Part shown: one piece after another, positions 49,709 through 60,900 of the stretch
Numbering within the stretch: the first letter of the stretch is position 1
How the letters are laid out: every line of letters starts with the position of its first letter
Source of the DNA: Rubripirellula sp.
Lineage (GTDB): Bacteria; Planctomycetota; Planctomycetia; Pirellulales; Pirellulaceae
NCBI GenBank assembly: GCA_965216875.1
Contig: OZ244207.1
Coordinates: 7,264,001 to 7,328,000 of the forward strand
Reading direction: 5' to 3'
DNA: 64,000 bases
Translations under genes and position numbers: made by a program
Notes under the pieces: model-generated
The model's database searches: none
Told to the model about the DNA's origin: nothing
What the model saw: only the letters and a program-made list of their open reading frames with translations

Positions 49709-51265
49709 ATGCAATTCGATCGATCACCCGCTCGCTTCCTTTCTTTCTTGGCCCTGACAACGGTGTTCCTGATGGCAGGTTCTCGGGCCAGCCAAGCAGC
49801 GGATACGCCAAACGTTCTGTTTATTCTTTGTGACGACCATCGGTTCGATTGCCTTGGCGCTGCAGGTCATCCTTTCCTCGAGACGCCCCACTTGGACGCG
49901 ATGGCACGCGACGGTGCAATGTTGACGCATGCGTACGTCACGACGTCACTTTGCTCTCCGAGTCGCGCTTCCATCCTGACAGGACAGTACGCGCACAATC
50001 ATCGCGTTGTCGACAACTACCATCCAGTCGATCCCAACCTGGTCTTCTTTCCACAACACCTTCAACAGGCGGGATACGAAACGGCTTTCATCGGTAAGTG
50101 GCACATGGGAGGTCACATCGATGACCCCCAGCGCGGGTTTGATCACTGGATCGCCTTCAAGGGCCAGGGAACGTATTGGCCTGATGGACATGGAACAACT
50201 CGCGAAGTTCCGCAAACGACGTACGATGGTTTCAACGTGAACGGGAAACGCGTTGAGCAAAAGGGATACATCACCGATGAACTGACCGACTTTGCAATCG
50301 ATTGGTTACAAGAACGCGATCAAGACAAACCGTTTTGTTTGTACGTTAGCCACAAAGCCGTTCACGCTGACTTTGTTCCGGCGGATCGACACCGCGGTCG
50401 CTACGACAACAAGAAGCTTCCCATTCGGACACCTTCAGTTGCTGAAATGGATGCCGGGAAGATGCCAATGTGGCTGCGAAACCAACGCAACAGCCGGCAT
50501 GGCGCCGAGTTCGGATACAACCTGCCCGACTTTTCACCCGAAGTTTACTATCGGCGCTATTGCGAATCGTTACTCGCTGTTGATGACAGCGTCGGGCGGT
50601 TGCGCAAGTTCCTGGCCGATCACGATTTGGACGAGGACACGATCGTTGTCTACATGGGGGACAACGGTTTTCAATTCGGCGATCACGGATTGATTGATAA
50701 GCGAACGGCGTACGAAGCGAGTGCAAAGGTACCGCTGTTGATGGTTGCGCCAGGGAAAATCCCGGCCGGTGAAACCTTCACAGGACTCGTGGGGAACATC
50801 GACATCGCGCCGACGCTACTGGAAGCGACCGGCGCGCCGAAGCTTAAACGTGCGGATGGCCAGAGTTTCTGGTCGGCACTCTGCAAGAGTGATCCCGATT
50901 CGCTTGACCGCAAACATCTTTTGTACGAGTACTATTGGGAACGCAATTACCCACACACACCAACGCTGCACGCCATCATCGGCGGCCGCTACAAGTACAT
51001 TCGAGTCCATGGGCTTTGGGATCGCGACGAGTTCTATGATCTCGAAACGGATCCTGGAGAGATGAACAATTTGATCGAAGCGCCTGAGCATGCTGAGCGA
51101 ATCGATCGCATGAACAAACAGCTGTGGAAGATGCTGTTTGACAGTGGCGGTCATGACGTGCCCCTACTCGAAGATCGTGGGCCGCGTTTTCCGTGGCGAC
51201 ATCCCGATCACGCGCCGCAAGCGCCGTTCCCCGGCGAGTATTTTCGGGAAACGGAAAAGGGCTGA
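49709..51265 (+). CDS. Sulfatase (S1 family, secreted)
   Basis: PNVLFILCDD, LCSPSRASILTG, GKWH, GDNG, DKRTAYE. Confidence 0.95.
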   Translation: MQFDRSPARFLSFLALTTVFLMAGSRASQAADTPNVLFILCDDHRFDCLGAAGHPFLETPHLDAMARDGAMLTHAYVTTSLCSPSRASILTGQYAHNHRVVDNYHPVDPNLVFFPQHLQQAGYETAFIGKWHMGGHIDDPQRGFDHWIAFKGQGTYWPDGHGTTREVPQTTYDGFNVNGKRVEQKGYITDELTDFAIDWLQERDQDKPFCLYVSHKAVHADFVPADRHRGRYDNKKLPIRTPSVAEMDAGKMPMWLRNQRNSRHGAEFGYNLPDFSPEVYYRRYCESLLAVDDSVGRLRKFLADHDLDEDTIVVYMGDNGFQFGDHGLIDKRTAYEASAKVPLLMVAPGKIPAGETFTGLVGNIDIAPTLLEATGAPKLKRADGQSFWSALCKSDPDSLDRKHLLYEYYWERNYPHTPTLHAIIGGRYKYIRVHGLWDRDEFYDLETDPGEMNNLIEAPEHAERIDRMNKQLWKMLFDSGGHDVPLLEDRGPRFPWRHPDHAPQAPFPGEYFRETEKG

Positions 51266-51328
51266 GAAGTAGACGGACTGGGCTCCGTTGATACGGCGAG
51301 AGATCGGATGGAAAGGCACCGCCGGTTG

Positions 51329-53434
51329 CTAGACCGCAACGGGCGTCGGGGCGGGTGCTTTTTCCGATTCAAAGATCTCGCAACCATCGCGAACGGGGGC
51401 ATCCCAGTCGGCACCGCACGCCGGGCATCGCGATTGATCGACACGCATCCGTTCGTCGCAGCTGCCGCATACGCAGCTTGCTTGTTTGGCGTACAGGACG
51501 TAGATCGCTAGCACGTTTGCTAGGCCCAACAGCAGGCTTGTGATCGACCAGCCAATGGTTGCGTTTCTCGACAAACGACGTTGTCGACAAGCGATGATGG
51601 TCAAGGCGAGGGCAATGACCATATGAATCACGACCAGCGTCCAGATCACGGCGTTGACACGTGGCGATTGGCGAACCATCGGGATGCCCAAGTCAAACGC
51701 ACCGTTGGCATGCGCAAAAGCCTCGGCGATCATCGCGGCGACCGGTGGGAAGCCTGCCGTTACTAACATGTTGCTGTCGATTACATCATAGCGCTGAAAG
51801 TGAGTCACGATCAGCGTTGATGAAACCCTCACATTCTCGTTATTGAACTTGTGGATCGTGTAGTGATTGAATCCGTTCGATTCGGCAACGACGAAAAGGT
51901 CGCCAGCCTTGGCAATCGAAACCTGTGCCTCGGGGTCGCTTTCAAGTGACAGCTCACGTGTTTTGGTGAGGTCGACGGGACGGTTCGACATGTACTGTGC
52001 GATTTCGGGGCTCGGATCGGGCTCTGAAGCTTCCGGGGTTGATCCCTCAGCGGACGTGACGTCGTACGCGATCAGCTTTGCACCGGACTGAATCCAAAGC
52101 TGATTGGTGTCTTCGCCCACATACATCCAACCCACACCATCAATCGGTTGTTTCATGAGTGTCCGCACCGTCGTGCCATCGCGCGAAACTTGATAGACGC
52201 CCCCACGATCTACAAGTAGCGAAGTGGTTCCGAGTGTGGAACTGGCAAACATCACCGGCGAGGGGCCATCGAACTTTTCGCCCATTTCGCCAGCACCTGA
52301 TCGCGTGAGATAACCGCGGAACTTTTTATGGTGGCGGTCGTACAACATGTAGTATCCGTCACGGTGATAGATGCTTTCGTAGGTTCCGAATTGGTTGTAG
52401 CCCCAATGTTGGTACGGATTCAGCACGGATTGAGTTTGGTTCAGCAGAGGGCTGAATTGGACGAAGGACTCGAGGTGCCCGCCTGAATACGATGGCGGCT
52501 TGGGGGCTGGATCACCTGAGCCGTTGTTCTCAATCGCCGGCGCCGCGGCTTCGACAATGTTTCGATAGGCACCTGATGGGGTGTCAAATTCTTGACGCAC
52601 CAGTGCATCGTAAACCGTTCCCTCTTCGTCAACACGAAGCGATGATTGGCCCGTCATCCCATACTGGGGCTGAAGACTCGGGATGTTGGTGATGGTGGCA
52701 ACGCCAATTGTCGACACCACGATCACGCAACAGACGACCAGCATCAGTGCCGCGGGTTTGAACACGGATCCTTTGCGACTTGAGGGCGGGAGGTTGGACA
52801 GCCGAACGAAGGCGTGGCGGGCCGAAAGGTAAGCCAACGCGATGAGAACGCCGATGACCGAAATCCACACCAGCAAGACTGACCAGGTTCTCGATGATTC
52901 GACCGCGGCGAAACTGAACACCATGGGGACGATGGCAGCAACCAACGGTAGCGTACGCGTTCCGACCCAACGTGCTGGCCGGCTGACCATCCAACATGTC
53001 GCTGGATGGCACGCAAAACAACTGACGCCGACGATCAGGCCTGCCAACACTTGAACGGGCTGCATTGGGCGCGTTTCGGGGGCGACCATCATCACCCAAA
53101 ATGTTGTGTAGAGAAGCGGAATGCCCAAGCAGAGTCCATAAATCGTCGCGGCGACGATCGTTTTTGCGGCAAAGATCTGCTTTCGAGAGACGGGCCGCGA
53201 GAGCAGCAAGCCGCGCGAGTCAGAACGCGACTCGGGAAGTGTCTGCAGTAGCGCCATCAAGATCGCCGTGACGGCACCTGTCATCGCAACGGCGACGGAC
53301 AGCTCCGAAATGAAATTGTTGTACCGAATTCCTGGACCAGGAAGGATCGAATAGATCGCCAACGAAAAGGCGATCAGCGGCAGCGGCGCCCAACGAATCA
53401 GCTCTCGCCACTCTTTCCAAAGCATCATTTTCAT
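51329..53434 (-). CDS. ABC-2-type permease-like membrane protein with large extracytoplasmic domain and C-terminal zinc ribbon
   Basis: LWKEWRE, LLSRPVSRKQIFAAK, several TM helices, CGSC...CPAC. Confidence 0.8.
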   Translation of the reverse strand: MKMMLWKEWRELIRWAPLPLIAFSLAIYSILPGPGIRYNNFISELSVAVAMTGAVTAILMALLQTLPESRSDSRGLLLSRPVSRKQIFAAKTIVAATIYGLCLGIPLLYTTFWVMMVAPETRPMQPVQVLAGLIVGVSCFACHPATCWMVSRPARWVGTRTLPLVAAIVPMVFSFAAVESSRTWSVLLVWISVIGVLIALAYLSARHAFVRLSNLPPSSRKGSVFKPAALMLVVCCVIVVSTIGVATITNIPSLQPQYGMTGQSSLRVDEEGTVYDALVRQEFDTPSGAYRNIVEAAAPAIENNGSGDPAPKPPSYSGGHLESFVQFSPLLNQTQSVLNPYQHWGYNQFGTYESIYHRDGYYMLYDRHHKKFRGYLTRSGAGEMGEKFDGPSPVMFASSTLGTTSLLVDRGGVYQVSRDGTTVRTLMKQPIDGVGWMYVGEDTNQLWIQSGAKLIAYDVTSAEGSTPEASEPDPSPEIAQYMSNRPVDLTKTRELSLESDPEAQVSIAKAGDLFVVAESNGFNHYTIHKFNNENVRVSSTLIVTHFQRYDVIDSNMLVTAGFPPVAAMIAEAFAHANGAFDLGIPMVRQSPRVNAVIWTLVVIHMVIALALTIIACRQRRLSRNATIGWSITSLLLGLANVLAIYVLYAKQASCVCGSCDERMRVDQSRCPACGADWDAPVRDGCEIFESEKAPAPTPVAV

Positions 53435-53458
53435 GTGACAAACTCCGAGGCGATTCGC

Positions 53459-54406
53459 TCAAGCGTTAGTAAGTTGGAAGAAAGATCGATCGGACCGAGT
53501 TCGCGACAAGTAAGCGAGCACGGCTTCGTCCAGCGAGGTGGGCAGCGATTCCATTTCGTCGGCCCCCAGCCGGTTCAACGCTGCCAATGATTCGTCATCT
53601 TGGTCAGCGATTGAAAGGATGAGGCGGTCATAGATTTGCCGGGCCTCGATCAACCCACCAATTGCCGCGACGCCATTTCGTTGCACCAAGACGTCGTCGC
53701 CGCCACCGTCGAATCGGAGCGACCAGCGTGAAACGCGATCGCGAAAGTCGTCGAGTGTTGTGTCGACGACCAAGCGACCTTCGCACATCACGGCAACACG
53801 ATCGGAGACGCGTTCGACATCATCGATGAGGTGACTGCTCATCAACACGGTGCGGTTGCCGGCTGCGGCGTATTCGACAAGCGTTTCATTGAGCGCGCGG
53901 CGGCTGACTGGATCGAGACCCAACGCAGGGTCGTCCAAGATCATCAATTCGGGTTGGGCCGATAGCGTTGCGGCGAGCGACACGCCAGCACGCTGTCCAC
54001 GACTGAGCGATCCCACCTTGTCAGACAGTTCGATTCCGAAGTGCCTGATGATCGACTCATACTGCCGTGCGTCCCATGCTGAATGGCCGCTCGCCGCAAA
54101 ACGCCCCACCTCAGAGACACGCATCCAGCCATAGAGCGTGTGTCCCTCAATCATGTAGCCGATGCGCGCCAAGTCCTCAGGACGCAGTTCATCGCTCTCG
54201 CGACCGAGCGTGCGACAACTTCCACGCGTGGGGCTCAACAGGCCCATCATCATGCGAATCGTCGTTGTTTTCCCGGCGCCGTTGAGCCCCAATAACGCCG
54301 TGACTTTGCCTGTTTGAAGTTCAAAGTCCAGATCATGCACCACCGGCTTGTTGCCGAAGTAACGGGTCAAACGACACGTCTGGATGGCTGGTGTCATACT
54401 CATCAT
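53459..54406 (-). CDS. ABC transporter ATP-binding protein (YtrB-like)
   Basis: GLNGAGKTT, LSRGQ, ILDDPALGLDP, SSH. Confidence 0.94.
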   Translation of the reverse strand: MMSMTPAIQTCRLTRYFGNKPVVHDLDFELQTGKVTALLGLNGAGKTTTIRMMMGLLSPTRGSCRTLGRESDELRPEDLARIGYMIEGHTLYGWMRVSEVGRFAASGHSAWDARQYESIIRHFGIELSDKVGSLSRGQRAGVSLAATLSAQPELMILDDPALGLDPVSRRALNETLVEYAAAGNRTVLMSSHLIDDVERVSDRVAVMCEGRLVVDTTLDDFRDRVSRWSLRFDGGGDDVLVQRNGVAAIGGLIEARQIYDRLILSIADQDDESLAALNRLGADEMESLPTSLDEAVLAYLSRTRSDRSFFQLTNA

Positions 54407-54424
54407 TCACCTTGCTTGTCCGGT

Positions 54425-54829
54425 TCAAGAAGCTTCGCTGGCTTCGGGCGGCCGAAGCTCTTGCAAACGTTTATCAACGGCCGAAAGGATCTCGTCGGGA
54501 GTGAACCCCAGTGTGATCGCTTCGGATAGGAAAGGATCGAGAACACCCCGCAGGCGCCGGCGGCTCTCGGCCTTGGTGTAGATCTGTCTGGGGGCGGCCA
54601 CGAAGTAGCCGCGTCCTTGCTGGCTCTGCAAGACGCCGTCACGCACAAGCTGGGCGTAGGCCTTTGCGATCGTGTTTGGGTTCACCACCAGTTCTTTGGC
54701 CAGCGCCCGAACACTCGGTACGGAATCGCCGACCCGCAACGAACCGCCAGCAACCTGGGCGCGAATCTGGTCGATCACCTGCCGAAAGATCGGCTGCGAA
54801 CCACCTGTGGAGATTTGAATGCGAGACAT
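54425..54829 (-). CDS. GntR-family regulator, YtrA subfamily
   Basis: PIFRQV, PSVRALAKELVVNPNTIAKAY, GRGYFV; short C-terminus; heads an ABC operon. Confidence 0.95.
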   Translation of the reverse strand: MSRIQISTGGSQPIFRQVIDQIRAQVAGGSLRVGDSVPSVRALAKELVVNPNTIAKAYAQLVRDGVLQSQQGRGYFVAAPRQIYTKAESRRRLRGVLDPFLSEAITLGFTPDEILSAVDKRLQELRPPEASEAS

Positions 54830-54842
54830 TCGACTGACCTAT

Positions 54843-54890
54843 CTGTACTGCGTTTAGTAGTACAGTAGGCATGTTGGCGATCGCGGTCAA
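54843..54890 (-). promoter_or_regulatory. Sigma-70 promoter (TTGACC-N17-TACTGT) overlapped by a YtrA-type operator (TGTA-N13-TACA)
   Basis: -35 at 54890-54885, -10 at 54867-54862; palindrome CTGTACT-N9-AGTACAG at 54843-54865. Confidence 0.75.
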
Positions 54891-54926
54891 GCCTTTTTTT
54901 CAGGAAAGTTGGTTGCGGCGGCCAAG

Positions 54927-55090
54927 GTGAGCCGAACGCGCTCGCGTCGGCCCTCTCAGCGTTGGGCTTAGGAAATGAGACTGAAGAAGCCACAGAGGGC
55001 ACGGAGAGCACCGAGCAAGAAACCGATCGTTTCTGCTCCTACTCGTACTCAGCAAAGCGGTGCTCGCAGAATCCTGGGATCTCCGTGGCT
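54927..55090. repeat. REP mosaic (GTGAGCCG arm plus GCCACAGAGGGCACGGAG...CTCCGTGGC element)
   Basis: GTGAGCCGAACGCGCTCGCGTCGG at 54927; inverted arms GCCACAGAG/CTCCGTGGC. Confidence 0.7.
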
Positions 55091-55362
55091 CAAAAAGAAC
55101 CGGGGCGAGCGTTTTGCCGCTCACCGTGAGCTGCCATCGCATGCCACTTGGTAATGGTCGAACCGATCATTCCGGTCGCGCGGGGGTCGGAGTTGCGCAA
55201 GCTGGGAAATCGTCCCGCGGCGGCTCACACCCAGTTTCCGTGGCCTAGGTTTTCCACAGAGAGTCCCAAATACCGTCGCTCTCGCTGCGCTATCGGATCG
55301 CCCGCGGGGGCGCACCGACTGGCTGCAGTTTCCATTCACGGTTCGTACGAAGTCAAACAGCG

Positions 55363-55824
55363 ATGTCCACATCGATTACCAAACGCCGTAAAACGCTGGT
55401 CGACCCCGAAGTTCAAGGGGGAGTTCTGCGGAAGATCGCGATCCATTGGGTCACGTTTTTCCTGTGCAATGCGATCGCACTCGTTATCTGGATTCGACTG
55501 TTTGAACAGCCTGATGCTGATTGGGGACAAACGGCAGGCGACACGCTACGGCGCTTCCTACCGTTCTTCATTATCACGATGGCGCTGATCCCAGCATTTG
55601 TCTGGGACACGCTCAAGCTGACCAACCGATTTGCCGGGCCGATCCAACGATTGCGCAGTGCCCTTGCTGATGCGGGTGCGGGTCGCGCGGTCGCCCCGTT
55701 GCACTTCCGAAACAACGACTTTTGGCAAGAGATGGCATCGAACTTCAACGCGATGATGCAACGTTGCCAACCGGCTGCCGCCGAGGGTGACGGTGAAGCC
55801 AGCGACGAAGACGCAACCCACTGA
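55363..55824 (+). CDS. Two-TM membrane protein with HAMP-like C-terminus
   Basis: RRKTLVDPEVQG, two TM helices, TNRFAGPIQRL...FRNNDFWQEMASNFN. Confidence 0.8.
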   Translation: MSTSITKRRKTLVDPEVQGGVLRKIAIHWVTFFLCNAIALVIWIRLFEQPDADWGQTAGDTLRRFLPFFIITMALIPAFVWDTLKLTNRFAGPIQRLRSALADAGAGRAVAPLHFRNNDFWQEMASNFNAMMQRCQPAAAEGDGEASDEDATH

Positions 55825-55843
55825 TCGACCTCACCGGTGAACC

Positions 55844-56245
55844 ATGAACGCACGCATTAAACGTACGAAACGACGCGGTGCCGCAGCGGTTGAATTTGCT
55901 GTTTGCCTGCCGGTCATCATCTTGTTGGTCTTCGGGTCGATCGAAGCATCAAGTTTCATTTTCCTCAAGCAGTCGCTGAACGTGGCGGCATATGAGGGGA
56001 TTCGCGAAGCGATCCGCGTTGGATCGGGCAACGCCGACGGAATCGATCGCGCTCAGAACATTTTGAATGCACGGAACGTCAACGATTTTCAGGTTCGTTT
56101 TCCAGATGGTGATGCCGGCGAAGCGGATCGCGGCGACGAGATCGTGATCGAAGTGAGTGCTCCCACCGAAACCAATAGTCCACTTGCTGGCCAGTTTGTC
56201 ACCAACCGAATCTTGACCGCTCGCGTTGTGATGGTGAAAGAATGA
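55844..56245 (+). CDS. TadE-like pseudopilin
   Basis: RRGAAAVEFAVCLP prepilin motif, AAYEGIR. Confidence 0.9.
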   Translation: MNARIKRTKRRGAAAVEFAVCLPVIILLVFGSIEASSFIFLKQSLNVAAYEGIREAIRVGSGNADGIDRAQNILNARNVNDFQVRFPDGDAGEADRGDEIVIEVSAPTETNSPLAGQFVTNRILTARVVMVKE

Positions 56246-57291
56246 CCCCTTTGCAAACTTCCCATCTGAAATGCCGCCACATGCGCGGCCAACGTCGGCG
56301 TGGTGCCATGTTGGTGCTTGTCGCCATCATGATGCTTGGTTTCATGGTGGCGGTTGCCTTTTCGGTTGACATTGCCCACATGCACTTGGCACGGACCGAA
56401 CTGCGCACGGCGACCGACGCTGCCTCCAAGGCCGCAGCGGCAACGCTTGCTGACACGTCCAATCTGGAATCCGCCATCACGCGTGGTCGCGAAATCGCTG
56501 CCGAGAACTCGGTCAACGGCACGCCGCTGTTGCTCGACAATCAAGATTTTCAGTTTGGACGCAGTGTTGAAAACGCAGCCGGTCGCTTCGAGTTCACCTC
56601 GGGACAAACTCCGCGCAACAGTGTTCGTGTGAATGGTCGTCGAACGGTCGGGTCTCCTTCAGGTCCCATTCCCCTGTTTTTTGGAAACCTGCTTGGGGTC
56701 GACTTCTTCGAGCCACAGTCGCACACCATTGCGACCTATATCGAACGCGACATCGTTTTGGTGGTGGACCGCAGTGGTTCGATGCGAGGATCAAAATTCC
56801 GCGATTTGGTTTCGGCGATCAACGTTTTTGTCGAAACCCTTGAAGAGACACCGAGCGAAGAACGCGTCGGTCTCGCTTCGTACAGCGACAGTGCTTCGGC
56901 CGATCACCAGTTGACCGAAAACCTGGAAGAGATCGCCGACACGGTTCGCGGACTGCGCGTTCGCGGTTTGACGAGCATTTCTCGTGGAATGGACGCCGGT
57001 CGCACGATCATGAATGGCAGTCGAGGTGCTGAGTTCGTCGAACGCACCATGATTGTGATGACCGATGGTCGACATAACCGCGGGCCGGAGCCACGAACGA
57101 CTGCAACGACGCTGGCCGCCGACGGTGTGAAGATTCATACGATCACGTTCGGAAGTGATGCGGATCGCACCCGAATGCAAGAAGTCGCTCAGATCGGCGG
57201 CGGACGACACTTCCATGCCGAAAACGGCGCGCAACTTCGCGAGGTCTATCGCGAAATCGCCCTGACGCTCAGCACGATGATCACGGAGTAA
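56242..57291 (+). CDS. TadG-like protein with vWA domain
   Basis: RRGAMLVL, VDIAHM..RTELRTATDAA, MIDAS residues DRSGS, T and MTDG. Confidence 0.92.
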   Translation: MTPLQTSHLKCRHMRGQRRRGAMLVLVAIMMLGFMVAVAFSVDIAHMHLARTELRTATDAASKAAAATLADTSNLESAITRGREIAAENSVNGTPLLLDNQDFQFGRSVENAAGRFEFTSGQTPRNSVRVNGRRTVGSPSGPIPLFFGNLLGVDFFEPQSHTIATYIERDIVLVVDRSGSMRGSKFRDLVSAINVFVETLEETPSEERVGLASYSDSASADHQLTENLEEIADTVRGLRVRGLTSISRGMDAGRTIMNGSRGAEFVERTMIVMTDGRHNRGPEPRTTATTLAADGVKIHTITFGSDADRTRMQEVAQIGGGRHFHAENGAQLREVYREIALTLSTMITE

Positions 57292-57295
57292 AACG

Positions 57296-57715
57296 ATGTC
57301 ACGAATCATCCGTCATCGCAACAAAACAGCCAAGCAGTCGCGTGGTGCGGTTGCCGTCGAGTTTGCAGTCGTTGTTCCGCTGCTGTTCCTGTTTTTCTTC
57401 GCAGCGTTCGAGTTCTGTCGTGTCGCAATGATTCGACACACAGCCGACAACGCCGTCTACGAAGCCTGTCGCGCAGGAATCATCCCAGGGGCCTCGGCGG
57501 CTGACGCCCAGGCACAAGCCGAGCAGATCATGAATTCGCTCGGTGTGACCAATGTCAACGTCACGGTAACGCCAGACACGATTCGAAGCGAAACCGAACA
57601 GGTAACCGTTCGGATCCAGGTGCCACTGGATGAAAACAGTTTCGTGCCTAATCAATTCGTCGCCGGGCAGTCGATTGTTCGTGAATTGACATTGCGCCGC
57701 GAGAACATGCGGTAA
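57296..57715 (+). CDS. TadE-like pseudopilin
   Basis: RGAVAVEFAVVVP, AVYEACR. Confidence 0.9.
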   Translation: MSRIIRHRNKTAKQSRGAVAVEFAVVVPLLFLFFFAAFEFCRVAMIRHTADNAVYEACRAGIIPGASAADAQAQAEQIMNSLGVTNVNVTVTPDTIRSETEQVTVRIQVPLDENSFVPNQFVAGQSIVRELTLRRENMR

Positions 57716-57723
57716 GCCCAAAT

Positions 57724-57904
57724 GTCGCCTTTCGCTCCGCGAAAGTAGCCCACGCAAACGCAACTTTTGCGGAGCAAAAGGCGACTATGTTTGTAACGCA
57801 CTCTTCGGACGCTCCGCGTCCTCAGCCCTGTGAGCCGTACGCGCTAGCGTCGGGCCCTGCGAAATGTGCAATCAAGGGTAAGGCCGCTAACGCGTTCGGC
57901 TCAC
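57724..57904. repeat. REP mosaic (GTCGCCTTT element, GGACGCTCCGCGTCC, paired GTGAGCCG element)
   Basis: Three distinct palindromic modules in tandem between convergent genes. Confidence 0.88.
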
Positions 57905-57937
57905 AGGTGGCTTGAACCAATCGGATGCCTTGCGTCC

Positions 57938-60900
57938 CTATTTGTTTGCCTGCGGCACAGCCCGTTTTTGCGTGATGCTTTGAACAAGCGGTACGAGGAG
58001 GTCACTGCGTTTTTCTTTCACAGCCCGTTCGGTCTGTTCGCGTTTTTGCGAGGCCATCGCTTCCGCCGCCACCAAGCGATCAAATTCGACACCTGAGAGC
58101 ACGCGTTGTGACTCGGGAAGCAATTCGGGGTCGTAGGTCAGCCCCGGGTGATCCTGAGCGGTGGTGTAGAACTTCATCGATCGGTTCAATCGGCGACGAC
58201 GTTGTAGCTCTCGCTCGATCGCATCGATTCGCTGGTCGGCGGTGATTCGTTCGATGCCACGGGCCGCTTTCTTTTTGGCAGTGCCGAACGGATCGTAGTC
58301 GTCGCCCGAATCGGACGCACGATTCCACCAACCACGGCGACGCCCAAAGATATTCGTGACGATTTTGTCGGCTCGGTCATTCATGTGAGCAGACACGGCT
58401 CGGCTTCGTTTGAAGAAAGCGGTTGGAAAAATCGCCAAGTCCCAAACGGTTCGCGATCGCTTTGCCATGAATCGAATGTTCGCGATCAGTTCGTACAGGA
58501 GTTCTAAGCTCTCGGGGTGATCCTGCATTTGCTTGTAGGTCACGCCGTAATTCAGCGCTCGCTCGGCCAAGTAGTTTAGTTTTGGCAATAACGCTCGGAC
58601 GCCGCGGCGACCAAACACTTTCGATTTTCGCGCGTTGCGTTGTTCATTAAATAGATCGGTCAAGATTGAGTCGACAAGCTCATTGCCGATCTCCTCGACT
58701 TCTTCACGCGAAAGTGGACGCTCGATGTAGTTCTCTGCATAACGCGGGAACGTACGCTCACTGACCAGTCGGATGAATCGATCGACTTTGTCTTCGAATT
58801 TGAGTGCCAGAAAGATCCCGTGCTTGTTCGCCTTGCTGTTGATGAAGTCGTCATCTAACGCGTCCAGCTTGTCGACTTCAAAAAGAACGACGGAGCCCTT
58901 TGTCGTGTCGAGCGTTCGACGCAATTCGAGCGAACCAACCTTTCGTTGTTTAAAGAAGCCCCATGACGTGTCGCTATCGCCCGTGTCGTAGCGGTAGACA
59001 ATCACCCATCGATGAAGCGGGTCCGTTTTGCGCAGCTTTCGTTGCAAGTTGTGAGCCTGCTTGCGAAGCCATTTTTCTTTCGGCTGGAATAGGAAAGTGC
59101 GTTTGTTGATCGGGAAATCGTGCACGGCTCCCAGCGTGATGTCCGCGAACTCGCGGGCGTCGCTCGTCGCGCTTCCGACGAGGTCGTGCGACTGGTCGAC
59201 GTACCGGTTCCAACGTTTGACTTCTCGCAGGAATGATTTGGGGTCAAGCGTTTCGCTGGCAACACGTTTTTGATCCACCGGAATCAAAGCAGTGCGCAGC
59301 ATGTCCTCGCCCCCGGAGGTGGCATCGCCTACGAAATAGAACTTGATGTCGTAATCGGCTGCGGCTTTCAGGAATTGAGACTTCGCGAGCTGTTGATAGG
59401 CGTATGTCTTTCCGTCTGCTGTAAGGAAGTTGTTGTTGGGGACAATGATCGTCATGCCTCGCCACTGCTGCATCAGCGAGCGATCGTTCTGGACGATGCG
59501 TTCGAGATCAAAAAATCCGTAGTAGGACACATCCCAAACATCGAGTGTGCTGCCGAAGTAGTCGGCCATTTGCGACCAGTTTTGAATGTCGTTGAGACTT
59601 GTTTTCTGATTGGCCACCAATAGAAAGCGAGAGCCGTCTCGTTTTTGGTATCGCTGCGAAACACGGATAAACGTCTTGCGTGAATCGACACATCGAAATT
59701 GGTCGGACTGCTGGCTGCTTTGAGGCCGCTGCAGGTCTGCATCGACGCAGAGCTCGAATCCTTGATAAGCGACCACATCGGCCGAAGCATCGACGCCGAT
59801 GCGGGTTTCGATGATACGGGTTTCGCCAGGCTTGAACTCGCGTACCGCCGTGCGAAATGATTCGTCGGTCAGACTGTGCAATTGATCCTCGTCGTCAAAG
59901 AAAACGATCGCAGATCGATCGAGGTCTCCGCCAGAGAGTCGAATGCGACTTTGAACGGCGCGGTAGAGATGTTTGTGGTCGAAGGTTTCCGCCCCAATGT
60001 TTGTGACACCCAAAATCAGTCGCGTGGATTCGCCTGGCGCGAGGCTGCCGAGCGCCGTGATGGGCATCAATTCGATGGGGAACCGCAATTCAATTTCGTC
60101 GCCGTTTTCGAATTGGCGAAACGGTCGGCGAATCCCACTTTCAAGGCGTGCGATTGGATTGACCAAGTGCGACAACACGAAAGGCCGTCGCCGTGGTTGT
60201 TCGACGATGTAGTCGCCAGCGCGAAACTTGAGTCCGTGGTTTTCGAAGGTGTACGATTCACCTGGGGCGATCGATTGATGCAGCACCAAATCGACTTGGT
60301 CCGAAAGGACCCAGCGGTCCGGCGGTAGATGCAAGCGGACAGTGAAGTTTGCTGGCGTCGGCATGCCCCCGCAGTTGCGGATTTCGATAAAGTCAATTGA
60401 AAGCAGGCTGTCGGGTTCGAAGACTTCGTATTCGCTGGCAACGCGGAACGTGACCAGTTCGAGGTCAAACGGCGCCGGGTACTCGGTGACACCTGTTTTC
60501 GAGACGACTTCGATTCGAAACAAACCCGGTTGCCCAGGATGGCCATCGATCGCGCGGTAGGAGGAAGATGCACCGCTACGTCCATTGCGTCCTTTATGGC
60601 CGCCCGGATTGCTGTGAGAGGTTGTTCTTGATTTACGGTTGCCTTCGGAGTCGGTGTACCAATCGGTTTCGGTCCAGTGGTAACTACTGCCGCCGCGTCC
60701 ACCTTTTCCACCGGCACCTCCGCGACCTGGCAGTCCGGCAAAGCCAATGTCGCCGCCAGCACGATTGCCTTTGGCCAGCATGAGCAAACCCTGCTCGGCG
60801 TCGGAAACCCTCACGGTGATGTTGCCGCCACAGCCGCCGTCGGCACCGTCGGTTGGATTGCCAGCGTTGCCGCCATGTCCACCCGGGCCGCCATTGGAGC

